A stretch of 64,000 bases of DNA from positions 256,001 to 320,000 of the forward strand of contig CBDDBZ010000036.1 of NCBI GenBank assembly GCA_965225945.1. Reading direction: 5' to 3'. This DNA comes from Alphaproteobacteria bacterium. Its GTDB lineage: Bacteria; Pseudomonadota; Alphaproteobacteria; GCA-2731375. Under the pieces are notes generated by a model. That model ran no database searches and had not been told where the DNA came from. It saw nothing but the letters and a program-made list of their open reading frames with translations. The position numbers were made by a program, and so were the translations under genes. The first letter of the stretch is position 1; each line of letters starts with the position of its first letter. Below are positions 31,876-42,154 of the stretch, one piece after another.

Positions 31876-32876
31876 TGATCGGAATGGCACTTCTCGGCGC
31901 GGGCCTGATTGGTGGTATCCACGCCCGAAACGTCGCCGCCAGCACGGAATGCGAGTTGCGCCATGTCGTCGACCTGGACGAGGGGCGGGCTCGCCGTCTC
32001 GCCGAGGCGCATGGCGGGCGGGCCGGCGACGACGTGGCGGCGGCGCTCGCCGACGATGCGGTCGACGCGGTGATCGTCGGCTCCTCGACCGTCGCGCACC
32101 AGGCGCATGTCCTGGCCGCCGCCGAGGCCGGCAAGGCGATCCTCTGCGAGAAGCCGATCGCCGACGGCCTGGACGCGGCCCGCGCCTGCATCGAGGCGGT
32201 GGCGCGCGCCGGCGTCGTCGCCGCCATGGGCTTCAACCGCCGGCTGGACGCCAGCCACGCCGCGATCCATGACGCGGTCGCCGCCGGGCGGATCGGACAG
32301 GTGGAGATCCTCCGGCTGGTCTCCCGCAGTCAGGCGCCGCCGCCGCCGGAATCGGTGCCGGGCTCGGGCGGCATGATCCGAGAGAAGGGCGCCCACTTCT
32401 ATGACCTCGCTGCCTGGATCACCGGCTCCGAGCCGGTCGAGGTCTCAGGCATGGGCGCGTGCCTGATCGATCCCCGCTTCGCTGCCTACGACGACGTCGA
32501 CACCGCGCTGCTGGTCCTGCGCTTCGAAAGCGGCGCGCTCGCCAGCTTCGATTTCAGCCGCCGCGCCAGCTACGGCTACGACGAGACGATCGAGGTGCAT
32601 GGCGCGGAGGGATTGCTGGAATCGCCCCGCCAGCGGATGGTGGGCGCGACCCTCTGGCGGGGCGAGCGGGCGAGCGAGCCGGGTTTGGACCCGTCCTGGT
32701 TCAACCGTTTCGAGGCGACCTATCGGCGCGAGCTTGAGGTCTTCGCCGCCGCCGTTCGCGACGGCGCGCCGGTCCACGCGACGATGGCCGACGGGCTCCG
32801 CGCCCAGGCCGTGGCCGAAGCCGCCCGCACGGCCATCGCCACGCGCCACGCGGTCGCGATCGAACGGATTTGGTAG
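31875..32876 (+). CDS. Inositol 2-dehydrogenase-like Gfo/Idh/MocA oxidoreductase
   Basis: LLGAGLIG, LCEKP, GFNRR, SGGM, DDVDTA, YGYDETIEVHG. Confidence 0.85.
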   Translation: MIGMALLGAGLIGGIHARNVAASTECELRHVVDLDEGRARRLAEAHGGRAGDDVAAALADDAVDAVIVGSSTVAHQAHVLAAAEAGKAILCEKPIADGLDAARACIEAVARAGVVAAMGFNRRLDASHAAIHDAVAAGRIGQVEILRLVSRSQAPPPPESVPGSGGMIREKGAHFYDLAAWITGSEPVEVSGMGACLIDPRFAAYDDVDTALLVLRFESGALASFDFSRRASYGYDETIEVHGAEGLLESPRQRMVGATLWRGERASEPGLDPSWFNRFEATYRRELEVFAAAVRDGAPVHATMADGLRAQAVAEAARTAIATRHAVAIERIW

Positions 32877-33161
32877 CGCCGAGTTATCCTCGACGTCGTT
32901 GATGATCGCGCGCGCGGCCGACGCCGAGTGGATCGCCACGCTCGCTCCGCGCACCGCGATGACGGTTATGGGCAGGCGTCCCACGCGCCCGAATCGAAGG
33001 TGATGTCGAGGGCGGTCGACTCGAAGATCCATCCGCACTTCGTCCCCCACCTCGTCGTTTCGCGAAGCGAGTTTAGCCCTCGTCGGCTTGCTTGACTTCG
33101 CTCGGGCGAGGGCCGAAGAGGGGCGCCTCGCCAACACCACCCGCGACCCGGGGGCACCGCC

Positions 33162-34343
33162 ATGATCGATTTCACCCCTTCCGAGGAAAGCCGGCTCCTG
33201 GTGGAGACCGTGCGGCGCTTCGTCGAGACCGAGCTCCGTCCGCTGGAGGAGGAGGTCGAGGAGAAGGGCTATCTGGAGCCCGAGACCGCCGGTGAGCTGC
33301 TGGCGAAGTCGCGCGCCCTCGGCCTCTTCGCGATGAACATACCGAGCGAGTTCGGCGGCGGCGGGCTGGGCGCGGTGGATCTCTGCCTGGTCGAGGAACA
33401 GGCGGGCACGACCAAGGATATTCTGATCCGCCGCGCCTTCGGCAATGTCTACGAGGTCCTGCTCGCCGGCGACGAGGCGCAGCGGGAACGCTGGCTGCTC
33501 CCCTCGGTTCGGGGAAAACGGGTCTATTCCATCGCCATGACCGAGCCCGAGGCCGGCTCCGACGCGGCCGGGATCAAGACCCGGGCGGTGCGCGACGGCT
33601 CGGGCTGGCGGCTCGACGGCCACAAGCACTTCGTCAGCGACGGTGCCTTCTCCGATTTCTTCGTGGTCTCCGCCGTGACCGAGCCCGAGGCCGGAGCGCG
33701 CGGCATTTCGCTGTTTCTGGTCGACAAGGGCTTGGCGGGTTTCACCGTCGGCCGCGATCAGCCGATGATGGGGCTGCGCGGTACCAGCCATGTCGAGCTC
33801 TTCTTCTACGGCGTGGCGCTCGACGGCGCCTGCCTTCTGGGCGAGGAGGGACGCGGGCTCCGTCTGATCCTCGACACCGTCGGTCGCATCCGCCTGGCCC
33901 ATATCGGCGCGCGGGCCGTCGGCATGGCGACGCGGCTCTTGGACATGATGGTGACCCAGGCCCGCGAGCGCCGCCAGTTCGGCCAAAGAATCGGCGACTT
34001 TCAGATGATGCAGGCGATGCTTGCCGACAGCGCCATGGAGCTCGCCCAGACGCGGCTCCTGGTGTTGAACGCGGCCTGGGAGGTCGACCAAGGTCTCGAG
34101 GCGCGCGAGAAGATCTCGATGGTCAAGGTGCAGGCGGCCGAGCTGGTGAACCGGATCGCCGACCGGGCGGTACAGATGCACGGCGGCCTCGGCTTCTGCA
34201 AGGACCTACCGGTGGAGCGGATCTACCGCGATTGCCGCGTCATGCGCATTTTCGACGGCACCTCGGAGATCCACCGCGGCGTCGTCGCCCGCGGCCTGCT
34301 GGAGAAGGGGAGCGCGCTGCTCGACCCCGCAGCGGGCGCATGA
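33162..34343 (+). CDS. Acyl-CoA dehydrogenase
   Basis: AMTEPEAGSD, RRQFG, QMHGGLG, RIFDGTSEIHR. Confidence 0.95.
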   Translation: MIDFTPSEESRLLVETVRRFVETELRPLEEEVEEKGYLEPETAGELLAKSRALGLFAMNIPSEFGGGGLGAVDLCLVEEQAGTTKDILIRRAFGNVYEVLLAGDEAQRERWLLPSVRGKRVYSIAMTEPEAGSDAAGIKTRAVRDGSGWRLDGHKHFVSDGAFSDFFVVSAVTEPEAGARGISLFLVDKGLAGFTVGRDQPMMGLRGTSHVELFFYGVALDGACLLGEEGRGLRLILDTVGRIRLAHIGARAVGMATRLLDMMVTQARERRQFGQRIGDFQMMQAMLADSAMELAQTRLLVLNAAWEVDQGLEAREKISMVKVQAAELVNRIADRAVQMHGGLGFCKDLPVERIYRDCRVMRIFDGTSEIHRGVVARGLLEKGSALLDPAAGA

Positions 34344-34349
34344 GGATCC

Positions 34350-34576
34350 AGGTGTGGCTTTCGGCGGCGCGCGGGCTGACGCGCGCGCAGCGGCGCGAGG
34401 CGCTCGCGGTGCTGTCGGGCCGGAGCGAGGGCGAGGCATCGAAGGTCGCGATCGAGCTTGGTGTGGACGACGAGCGAAGGGGCGGTTTCGCGCGGTATGG
34501 CGCGGGGTCTGCGGCGCTACCAGTGCAAGGGCTGCGGCAGGACCTTCAACGCGCCTGAGCGGTACGCCGCTGTCGG
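34350..34576 (+). mobile_element. IS1595-family transposase N-terminal remnant
   Basis: WLSAARGLTRAQRREAL...GLRRYQCKGCGRTFNA/LSGTPLSG across shifted frames; the first CxxC is missing. Confidence 0.7.
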
Positions 34577-34726
34577 GGGGACGCAATACATAACTTGCAG
34601 AGTTATTTATTAGTCGGTGCAGGACGCCCTGCTGGTCTTTCCAATCCAAGGTGACGCATACAATTCACGAATTGAGCCTATTTATTAGTCCACTTTTCCT
34701 CCATTGAAGTTATGTATTGCGTCCCC
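34577..34726. mobile_element. 150-bp MITE-like element with perfect 20-bp terminal IRs
   Basis: ggggacgcaatacataactt (34577-34596) / aagttatgtattgcgtcccc (34707-34726); AT-rich interior. Confidence 0.75.
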
Positions 34727-34770
34727 TTATCTTCCATTGTGTCGTCGGATCCCGATGCACCCGCCGGCCC

Positions 34771-35597
34771 TCAACAGACCGTGGCGAAGCGGTGCTTGAT
34801 CACCTCCACCACCTCGTCCGCGTCGCGCCGCCACCAGTTGCGCTGGGAGAAGATCTCGACCTCGTGGTGGCCGGTGTAGCCCGCGGCCTCCATCAGGCCG
34901 CGAAAGCGAGCGAGGTCGATCGCGCCGTCGCCCATCATGCCGCGGTCGAGGCGGAGGTCCCGGGTGTCATGGAGCCAGTCGTTGATGTGATAGGCGGCGA
35001 TGCGGGGGCCGGCACGCTGGATTTCCCGTGCCAGGTTCGGATCCCACCACAGGTGATAGACGTCGATCGCCAGGCCGAGTTCCGGCCGGCGGCGATTTCG
35101 TCGCACCAGTCGTTCGCCTCCGCCAGCGATGCGAGCACCGAGCGCGAGGCGCAGAGCATCGGGTGCAGCGGCTCCACCGCCAGCGTCATGCCGGCCGCCT
35201 TGGCCTCGGGCAACAGGGCCACCAGCGCCTCCTTGCAGCGCATCTTGGCGCCTGCGAGGTCCTTCTCGCCGTCCTCCAGCCCGCCGGCGACGAAGATGAT
35301 GGCCTTGGCACCGATCGTCGCCGCCTCCTCGATCACCCGGCGGTTGTCGTCGAGCCGTTCCTGGAAGGCGGTCTTGTCCCGCGTCGTCTGCAGGCCGGCG
35401 ATGCAGAAGCCGGTGACCACCATGGCGTGATCGCGCAGCATCCTGGCGCCTTCGTCCACACCCAGCTCCGCCAGCTTGTCGCGCCAGACGGCGATCGCGT
35501 GGATGCCGTGGCGCGAAAAGCCCTCGATCGCTTGGGCGAGCGACCATTGCTCGCGCAGCGTCACCTGATTGATCGACAGCCGATCGAATGCGGGCAT
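34771..35597 (-). pseudogene. Sugar phosphate isomerase/epimerase (TIM barrel), frameshift near 35085
   Basis: LAVEPLHP, then IDVYHLWWDP, DRGMMGDG and EVEIFS in another frame. Confidence 0.87.
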
Positions 35598-35623
35598 GGG
35601 GTGTTCCTTTTCGCCGAGGGGGC

Positions 35624-36349
35624 TCAGTAGGTGGCGCGGCCGCCGGAAACGTTGAAGGCCATGCCCGTGGTGAAGGTGCAGTCGGGGCCGCAGATGAAGG
35701 CGACCATGGCGGCGATCTCGTCCACCGTGCAGAGCCGGCCGAAGGGCATGCGGTTCCGGATCGCCTCGATGTAGTCGCCATCCGTTTCCCGCAACAGGTC
35801 GGTCTCGGCCATCGCCGGAGTGACGCAGTTGACCAGAATGCCGTCGTCGACCACGCCCTGCGCCAGCGCCTTGGTAAGGCCGATCACGCCGGCCTTGGCG
35901 GCCGAGTAGGCGACGGCGTCGGGGTTTCCTTCCTTGCCGGCGATGGAGGAGATGTTGACGATCCGGCCCCGGCCGGCCTCCCGCATATGGGGGATGGCGG
36001 CGCGGGCGCAGAGGAAGACGCCGGTCAGATCGACCGCGATCACCCGGACCCACTCGGCCAGGCTATACTCCCAACTCGGTTTGGTCGGTCCGTTGACGCC
36101 GGCGTTGTTGATCAGGATGTCGACCCGACCCAGTGCCGCCACGCTATTCGCGAAGGCTCGTTCGATCGAGGCCTCGTCGGTGACGTCGGCGGTCTCGACA
36201 TGGGTGGCGCCGGGGGGCATCTTGGGCGTCGGGTCGAGGTCCCAGACCGCGACCCGCGCGCCTTCGCCCGCCAAGCGATCGGTGATCGCCCGGCCGATGC
36301 CGCGCGCGTCGCCGGTGACGATGGCGCCCTCTCCCCGAAGCGTCGACAT
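35624..36349 (-). CDS. SDR oxidoreductase (FabG-like)
   Basis: VTGDARGIG, INNAG, YSAAKAG. Confidence 0.92.
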   Translation of the reverse strand: MSTLRGEGAIVTGDARGIGRAITDRLAGEGARVAVWDLDPTPKMPPGATHVETADVTDEASIERAFANSVAALGRVDILINNAGVNGPTKPSWEYSLAEWVRVIAVDLTGVFLCARAAIPHMREAGRGRIVNISSIAGKEGNPDAVAYSAAKAGVIGLTKALAQGVVDDGILVNCVTPAMAETDLLRETDGDYIEAIRNRMPFGRLCTVDEIAAMVAFICGPDCTFTTGMAFNVSGGRATY

Positions 36350-36444
36350 GATCCCCTCGCGATTCCGAATGGTTGACGCCGCCTGGCGGGGCGAGCATAG
36401 CATCGCCCGGGTGCCGAGCCCGCAACGAGACGAGGAGAGCCGAA

Positions 36445-36882
36445 ATGACAGCCGAGTTTCACGTCGCGGTCGGCGACAAGGTGACATTCTCCAAGACCGT
36501 CGCCGAGTGCGACGTCTACAACTTCGCCGGCCTGACCGGTGATTTCGCGCCCAACCACGTGAACGAGGAATACATGGCCCGTTCCAGCTACGGGCGACGG
36601 ATGGCGCACGGTGCGTTGATGGTCGGCTTCATGTCCACGGCCTCGAGCAAGGCAATCGAGAAATGCCGGGAGGACGCCCGCGAGACCCCGGTCTCCCTCG
36701 GCTACGACCGGATCCGTTTCCTGGCGCCGGTGTTCTTCGGCGATACCATCACCGTCACCTACGAGGTGAGCGAGATCGACTTGGAGCGCCGCCGCTCAAA
36801 CGCCGACATCAAGCTCACCAACCAAGGCGGCGAGCTGGTCGCCGTCGGCACTCATATCCTGAAGTGGGTCGCGAACAACTGA
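36445..36882 (+). CDS. MaoC/PaaZ-like hotdog-fold dehydratase
   Basis: FAGLTGDFAPNH, AHG, RFLAPVFFGDT. Confidence 0.9.
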   Translation: MTAEFHVAVGDKVTFSKTVAECDVYNFAGLTGDFAPNHVNEEYMARSSYGRRMAHGALMVGFMSTASSKAIEKCREDARETPVSLGYDRIRFLAPVFFGDTITVTYEVSEIDLERRRSNADIKLTNQGGELVAVGTHILKWVANN

Positions 36883-36898
36883 GCGAGAGGACGCGACG

Positions 36899-38422
36899 GT
36901 GCGAAACAAGTTTCGGGACGCGGGGGCAATAGCCGAACTGGTGCCCGACGGCGCCACCCTCGCCATGAGCGGCGCCGGCGGCGGCCTCTTGGAGCCGGAC
37001 GCGGTGCTCGCCGCGATCGAGGCCCGCTTCCTCGCAACCGGCCACCCGCGCGCTCTCAGCGTCATCCATGCGCTCGGCATCGGCGACCGCGACCGGCGCG
37101 GCCTCAACCGGCTGGCGCACGAGGGGCTGGTGCGCCGCGTGATCGGTGGCCATTGGGTCTGGTCGCCGGAGATGCAGCGCCTGGCGCGGGAGAACAGAAT
37201 CGAGGCCTATGTGCTTCCCGGCGGCGTGATCTCGCAATTGATGCGGGAGACCGGGGCCGGCCGGCCCGGCCTCATCTCCCATGTCGGCCTCGGCACCTTC
37301 GTCGATCCCCGCCTCGACGGCGGGCGGGTGAACGAGGCCGCCCGGGACGATCTGGTCGAAGTGGTCGAGTTCGACGGTCGCGAGCTGTTGCGCTACAAGC
37401 CGCTGCCGGTCGACATCGCGGTCATCCGCGCCAGCTTCGCGGACCCGGACGGCAACCTCAGCCTCGATCAGGAAGGCGCCAACCTGGATGCCTGGGCCGT
37501 GGCGCTGGCGGCGCACAACAGCGGCGGCAAGGTGCTGGCCCAGGCCCGGACGGCGGTGGAGCCGGGGGCGTTGGCGGCCCGCTCGGTCCGGGTGCCGGGC
37601 GCCATGGTCGACGCCGTGCTGATCGAGCCGGACCAGGCGCAGAGCTATGCCCAGGTCTATGATCCCGCGCTCTCCGGCGAGCGACGGTGCGTGGTGCCGG
37701 AGGAGGCGGCGCCGGACCATTCGATCCGCCAGGTCGTCGCGCGGCGCGCGGTCGAGGAACTGCGCGACGACGCGGTGATCAATTTCGGCTTCGGCATTCC
37801 CGACGGCGTGGCCAAGATCATCGCCGCCCGGCGCGAGGTGGATCGCTACTACCAGACGATCGAGCACGGGACCTATGGCGGCTCGTTGCTCGACGGCAGG
37901 CTCTTCGGCTACGCCAGGAACGCGAGCGCGATGCTCGATTCTCCCTCCCAGTTCGATTTCTACGGCGGCGGCGGTCTCGACATCGCCTTCCTCGGCATGG
38001 GCGAGCTGGATGCGACCGGCAACGTCAACGTCTCCAAGCTCGACGGCACCACCGTCGGGCCCGGCGGCTTCATCGATATCGCGCAGAACGCCAAGAAGGT
38101 CGTCTTCTGCGGCACCTTCGAGACCAAGGGTGCCCGCCTCTTGCCCGGCGACGGCGTGCTCAGAATCGAGCGAGGCGGCGAGATCGCCAAGCTGGTGGAC
38201 GCGGTGGCGCAGATCACCTTCTCTGGCGAGCGTGCCCGCGCCGTCGGGCAGGAGGTCGTCTACGTCACCGAGCGCGCGGTCTTCCGCCTGACCGCTGACG
38301 GCGTCGCGCTCACCGAAGTGGCGCCCGGCGTGGATCTCGAGGCCGACGTGCTCTCCCGCATGGGCTTCCGCCCGATCGTCGATTCCCCGGTGGTGATGAA
38401 ATCCGACTATTTCCGGGAATGA
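36899..38422 (+). CDS. Acyl-CoA:acetate/3-ketoacid CoA-transferase (YdiF/Pct-like)
   Basis: VGLGTFVDPR, NFGFGIP, IEHG, GNVNVSK, GPGGFIDI, YVTERAVF. Confidence 0.92.
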   Translation: MRNKFRDAGAIAELVPDGATLAMSGAGGGLLEPDAVLAAIEARFLATGHPRALSVIHALGIGDRDRRGLNRLAHEGLVRRVIGGHWVWSPEMQRLARENRIEAYVLPGGVISQLMRETGAGRPGLISHVGLGTFVDPRLDGGRVNEAARDDLVEVVEFDGRELLRYKPLPVDIAVIRASFADPDGNLSLDQEGANLDAWAVALAAHNSGGKVLAQARTAVEPGALAARSVRVPGAMVDAVLIEPDQAQSYAQVYDPALSGERRCVVPEEAAPDHSIRQVVARRAVEELRDDAVINFGFGIPDGVAKIIAARREVDRYYQTIEHGTYGGSLLDGRLFGYARNASAMLDSPSQFDFYGGGGLDIAFLGMGELDATGNVNVSKLDGTTVGPGGFIDIAQNAKKVVFCGTFETKGARLLPGDGVLRIERGGEIAKLVDAVAQITFSGERARAVGQEVVYVTERAVFRLTADGVALTEVAPGVDLEADVLSRMGFRPIVDSPVVMKSDYFRE

Positions 38423-38432
38423 GGGGAAAATC

Positions 38433-39479
38433 ATGGAAGCCGTCAGGCTCGCGGTGATCGGTGCGGGTGTCATCGGCCGCAAACACATCGCTTCGATAGC
38501 CGCCTCGACGAGCTGCGAACTGGCGGCGATTGCCGACCCCGATCCCCGGGCCGGCGCGATCGCCCAGGCGGCCGGCGTGCCGTGGCACGAAAGCCCGGAG
38601 GTGATGTTGAAGCAGGACCGCCCGGACGGCGTGATCGTCGCCACGCCGACGGCAAGCCACCATGACGTCGGCCTGGCTTGTATCGATGCCGGCGCGGCGA
38701 TGTTGATGGAGAAGCCGGTGACCGCGACGCTCGACGAGGCGCGGGCCCTGATCGCGGCGGGGAAAAGCGCCGGCGTACGAATCGCCGTCGGCCATCATCG
38801 GCGCTTCAATCCCCTGGTCGAGCGAGCGCGGGCGATCATCCGGGCCGGCGAACTCGGCCGCCTGGTCGCCTTCCACGTCTTCTGGGCGTTGCTGAAGCAC
38901 CGGGAGTATTTCGACGTCGCCTGGCGCATCCAGCCGGGCGGCGGGCCGGTGCTGACCAACCTGATCCACGATATCGACTGCCTGCGCCACATCGCCGGCG
39001 AGGTCGAGCTGGTGAGTGCTCTGACCAGTTCCGAGACCCGGGGCCACGAGGTCGAGGACACTGCGGCGATCGTCCTGCGGCTCGGCTGCGGTGCGCTCGG
39101 CACCGTGATCCTGTCGGACGCCACGCCGTCCCCATGGTCCTACGAGATGACCGCGCGCGAGAATGCGGACTTCTTCCAGGTGGCGGAGAACAGCTTCCAT
39201 TTCTTCGGCACCGAGGCCTCCCTCGCGGTGCCGGAGATGCGGCTCTGGCGCTACCGCGACCGGGATGTGGCCGGCTGGCAGTTTCCCCTGTCGAGCGAGA
39301 CCAGGCCGGTCGAGCCGCGCGACGTGCTGCTTGCCCAGACCGAGCATTTCGGCCGGGTCGCGCGGGGCGAGGAGACGCCGCGCACCGACGCGCTCGACGG
39401 CGCCCGCACGCTCGCCGCCACCCTGGCGGTGCACGAGGCGGCGCGCACCGGCACCCAGGTCCGCCCGGAGGTGATCTGA
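38433..39479 (+). CDS. Gfo/Idh/MocA family oxidoreductase
   Basis: IGAGVIG, MEKP, VGHHRR, NLIHDID. Confidence 0.92.
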   Translation: MEAVRLAVIGAGVIGRKHIASIAASTSCELAAIADPDPRAGAIAQAAGVPWHESPEVMLKQDRPDGVIVATPTASHHDVGLACIDAGAAMLMEKPVTATLDEARALIAAGKSAGVRIAVGHHRRFNPLVERARAIIRAGELGRLVAFHVFWALLKHREYFDVAWRIQPGGGPVLTNLIHDIDCLRHIAGEVELVSALTSSETRGHEVEDTAAIVLRLGCGALGTVILSDATPSPWSYEMTARENADFFQVAENSFHFFGTEASLAVPEMRLWRYRDRDVAGWQFPLSSETRPVEPRDVLLAQTEHFGRVARGEETPRTDALDGARTLAATLAVHEAARTGTQVRPEVI

Positions 39480-39589
39480 ACCCATGGACTCGACCCCCGG
39501 CGCGGCGCTGGTTAACATGACAGGACGCGGAGGGGTGCTGGGGGCGCGCCGCTCCGACCTCGAGACACGACGTTTGGGGAGGAGCGTCC

Positions 39590-40012
39590 ATGTACAGGCA
39601 TGCATTGCTTTTGGTGGGAACGTTGACCATGACGTTCGCGCTGAGCACGGCGCGGGCGCAGACCGCGTCGCAGGACGGCGAGGCCGATCCGGTCTCCCTG
39701 GTCTGCGTGGAAACGGATTCCGGGGGCTTCAAGTGGCGGGACGAAAAGGCCAATTTCCAAAAGCTCGACCCGTCGCGCTATTTGGTCCGGGTGATCTCGG
39801 AGACCGAGAGGACGGTCAAGTCGGGGGAGCGGGAGCGGGAGCGCAAGCTTCGCTGTCGCCGGGCGACCGAGTTGCTGACGCTCTGTCGGTGGGGCTTCGA
39901 GACGTGGGTCTTCAAGGGCGAGGAGAGCTTCACCTTGTCCTATATCCACGGCGGCGTGATCGGCGGCAGCTCCAACATCTACGTCAGCTACGGCGAGTGT
40001 CAAAAGCCCTGA
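39590..40012 (+). CDS. Hypothetical exported protein
   Basis: RBS ggagga, signal peptide ending ARA, four cysteines. Confidence 0.6.
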   Translation: MYRHALLLVGTLTMTFALSTARAQTASQDGEADPVSLVCVETDSGGFKWRDEKANFQKLDPSRYLVRVISETERTVKSGERERERKLRCRRATELLTLCRWGFETWVFKGEESFTLSYIHGGVIGGSSNIYVSYGECQKP

Positions 40013-40027
40013 CGCCCGGGTACCCGT

Positions 40028-40441
40028 TCAGGCGTCCTCGGCACCGGGTCCCAGCGGCTGGCCGAAGCTGAATTCGACCGCGTTGCCGTCCGGGTCGCGC
40101 ACGCCGCAAAAATAGCCGACGGGATAGGGCTCCTCGCGCGGCGGCCAGACGAGAATACCCGTGCCTTCCGCGCGGCGCGCCATATCGTCCACGGCCCCGC
40201 GGCTCGGGAGCGCGAAGCCGAGGTGGCTGAAGTCGCGCGTCGCCGGGGTGCGTTCAGGTCCGCCCGAAATCAGCACGAAGATGAACGTCTTCTCGCGCCC
40301 CGGCTCGGCCAGCCAGGCGACCTCGACGCCCGCATCGGAGCGCTCGTGCACCACGTTCATGGCGCAGTACTCCCGATAGAACGCCACGCTGGCCGGGAGG
40401 TCCCGAACATGCAGCGCGATATGCGTCAGGCTCGGTCCCAT
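40028..40441 (-). CDS. VOC/glyoxalase family protein
   Basis: LTHIALHV, SHLGF, RDPDGNAVEFS. Confidence 0.88.
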   Translation of the reverse strand: MGPSLTHIALHVRDLPASVAFYREYCAMNVVHERSDAGVEVAWLAEPGREKTFIFVLISGGPERTPATRDFSHLGFALPSRGAVDDMARRAEGTGILVWPPREEPYPVGYFCGVRDPDGNAVEFSFGQPLGPGAEDA

Positions 40442-40451
40442 GCTCGCCACC

Positions 40452-42074
40452 TCAGGCCCGGGCGGCACTCGGGCTCGCCAGGCGAGGTGGGGATGCCCGG
40501 TTGCCGGAGCCCCGCGTCGGCGCCTTCGGTAGCGCGAAGCCCTGGAAGTACGAGGCTTCGACGATCACCCGGAACTTCCACATGAGTCCGCCGGTGATCG
40601 CGAAGACGCTACCGAGCGCGATCGGGACCAGGGCGCCGCCCCCCTGGCCCAGCCAGACCGAAAGGCCGAACAGCAGCAGCGGGCAGCCATGGCCCATCAC
40701 CATCAGTGTGGGGGTGACGCCCTCGATTTCGCCTCGCGCCAGCGGCGGGATGCCCTCACGCCGTGCCGTCAGCCGATAGGCGAGCCAGAGCCCGGCGTTC
40801 ACCAAGGTCAGCGCGATGCCGGTGAAGGCGAGCGTGCGGACCGCCGAGGCGGTGCCTGCATCGGCCCAGGCGACGGCGGAAATGCCGAGCGCGCCCAGGC
40901 CTTCCAGCAGGCCGGTCGCGACGAGCATCCAGGGGATGAGTGGCGCCCGCCAGGCGGGGATGCCGCGCGCGCAATGGAGCATCTGGGCCTGGCAGACGAG
41001 GAAGCCGAGCGCGCCGAGCCCGATGATGGCGTGAAAGGCCGGGTTCGGCCAAAGCAGATCCAACGCCATCATCGGAAAGATCACGGCCACGCAGTAGGTC
41101 TCCCGCGTCATCCAGGAGGTCCCGGGGCGCAACAGCACTTTCATGAACCGCGCCTTCTTGTGGATCTTCAAGAAGACGAAGAAGAGGCCGACCGCCATGA
41201 TTGCGCCGGCGACGGCGAAGAGGCCGGCGAGCGCCCGATCCGAGAACCCGAGCCATAGGTGGGCGAGCCAGGCGACAAGCGCGAAGCCGGAGGCGAGCCC
41301 ACCCAGGCCGAAGTTCATCGCCGCCTTGAAATCCCAATAAGTCTGGCGGCGGCCGACCAGCGGGTTCTCGGGATCGCTCATCGCCTCGTCGTCCCGATCC
41401 TCGGGCCGGGCGTCGTGTCCGGGCACGATGCCCGGCACCTCGTAGAGATATTTGATCTGCGGGTCGGTGCCGAGTTCCTCGTGCATCTGGAAAAAGGCGT
41501 TCTCGTCGGCGAGGCGTGAGACGTTGCTGGTCGGATCGTCGAAGTCACCGAAGTGGAGGGCGTCGGCGATGCAGGCGGCGGCGCAGGCCGGCGTCACCTC
41601 CATATCGACGCCGGGCGTCAGATCGCGCGCCTCCGCCTCGTCGATCAGCTCGACACAGAAGGTGCACTTGTTGGCGACGCCCAATCGTTCGTCGTGATAG
41701 GTGGCGAACTCCAGCGTGGTCGGCTCGCCGTAGAAATATTCCTTGTCGGCCACGATGGTACGGGCCTGATAGGGGCAGGCGACGGCGCAATAGCCGCAGC
41801 CGATGCAGGTGTCGTAGTCCATGGTGACCAGCCCGTCGGCGCGCTGCGCGGTGGCGCCCGAGGGGCAGACGGGAACGCAGGGCGGCTCGGCGCAGTGCTG
41901 ACAGCCGACCACCATGAACAACCGTTCGACGTCGGGATAGGTTCCCTGCTCGATATCGATGACGCTTCGCCATTGGACGCCCGGCGGCGTCGCGTTGGCG
42001 TGCTTGCAGGCGGCGGTGCAGGTGTGACAACCGACGCAGCGGTTGAGGTCCACCACCATCCCAAATCGGCTCAT
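40452..42074 (-). CDS. 4Fe-4S subunit fused to a DmsC-type membrane anchor (PadC-PadD-like)
   Basis: CVGCHTC, CQHCAEPPC, CIGCGYC, KCTFC clusters; QTYWDFKAAMNFGLGG, SWMTRE, RGIPAWR in the membrane part. Confidence 0.85.
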   Translation of the reverse strand: MSRFGMVVDLNRCVGCHTCTAACKHANATPPGVQWRSVIDIEQGTYPDVERLFMVVGCQHCAEPPCVPVCPSGATAQRADGLVTMDYDTCIGCGYCAVACPYQARTIVADKEYFYGEPTTLEFATYHDERLGVANKCTFCVELIDEAEARDLTPGVDMEVTPACAAACIADALHFGDFDDPTSNVSRLADENAFFQMHEELGTDPQIKYLYEVPGIVPGHDARPEDRDDEAMSDPENPLVGRRQTYWDFKAAMNFGLGGLASGFALVAWLAHLWLGFSDRALAGLFAVAGAIMAVGLFFVFLKIHKKARFMKVLLRPGTSWMTRETYCVAVIFPMMALDLLWPNPAFHAIIGLGALGFLVCQAQMLHCARGIPAWRAPLIPWMLVATGLLEGLGALGISAVAWADAGTASAVRTLAFTGIALTLVNAGLWLAYRLTARREGIPPLARGEIEGVTPTLMVMGHGCPLLLFGLSVWLGQGGGALVPIALGSVFAITGGLMWKFRVIVEASYFQGFALPKAPTRGSGNRASPPRLASPSAARA

Positions 42075-42154
42075 GGCTTACTCCGTGGCGCCCGCCGTCG
42101 TCCCATATTCCGCTGCCTCATACGACCATCCCAGGGCACGGCCGAGGTTCACCT

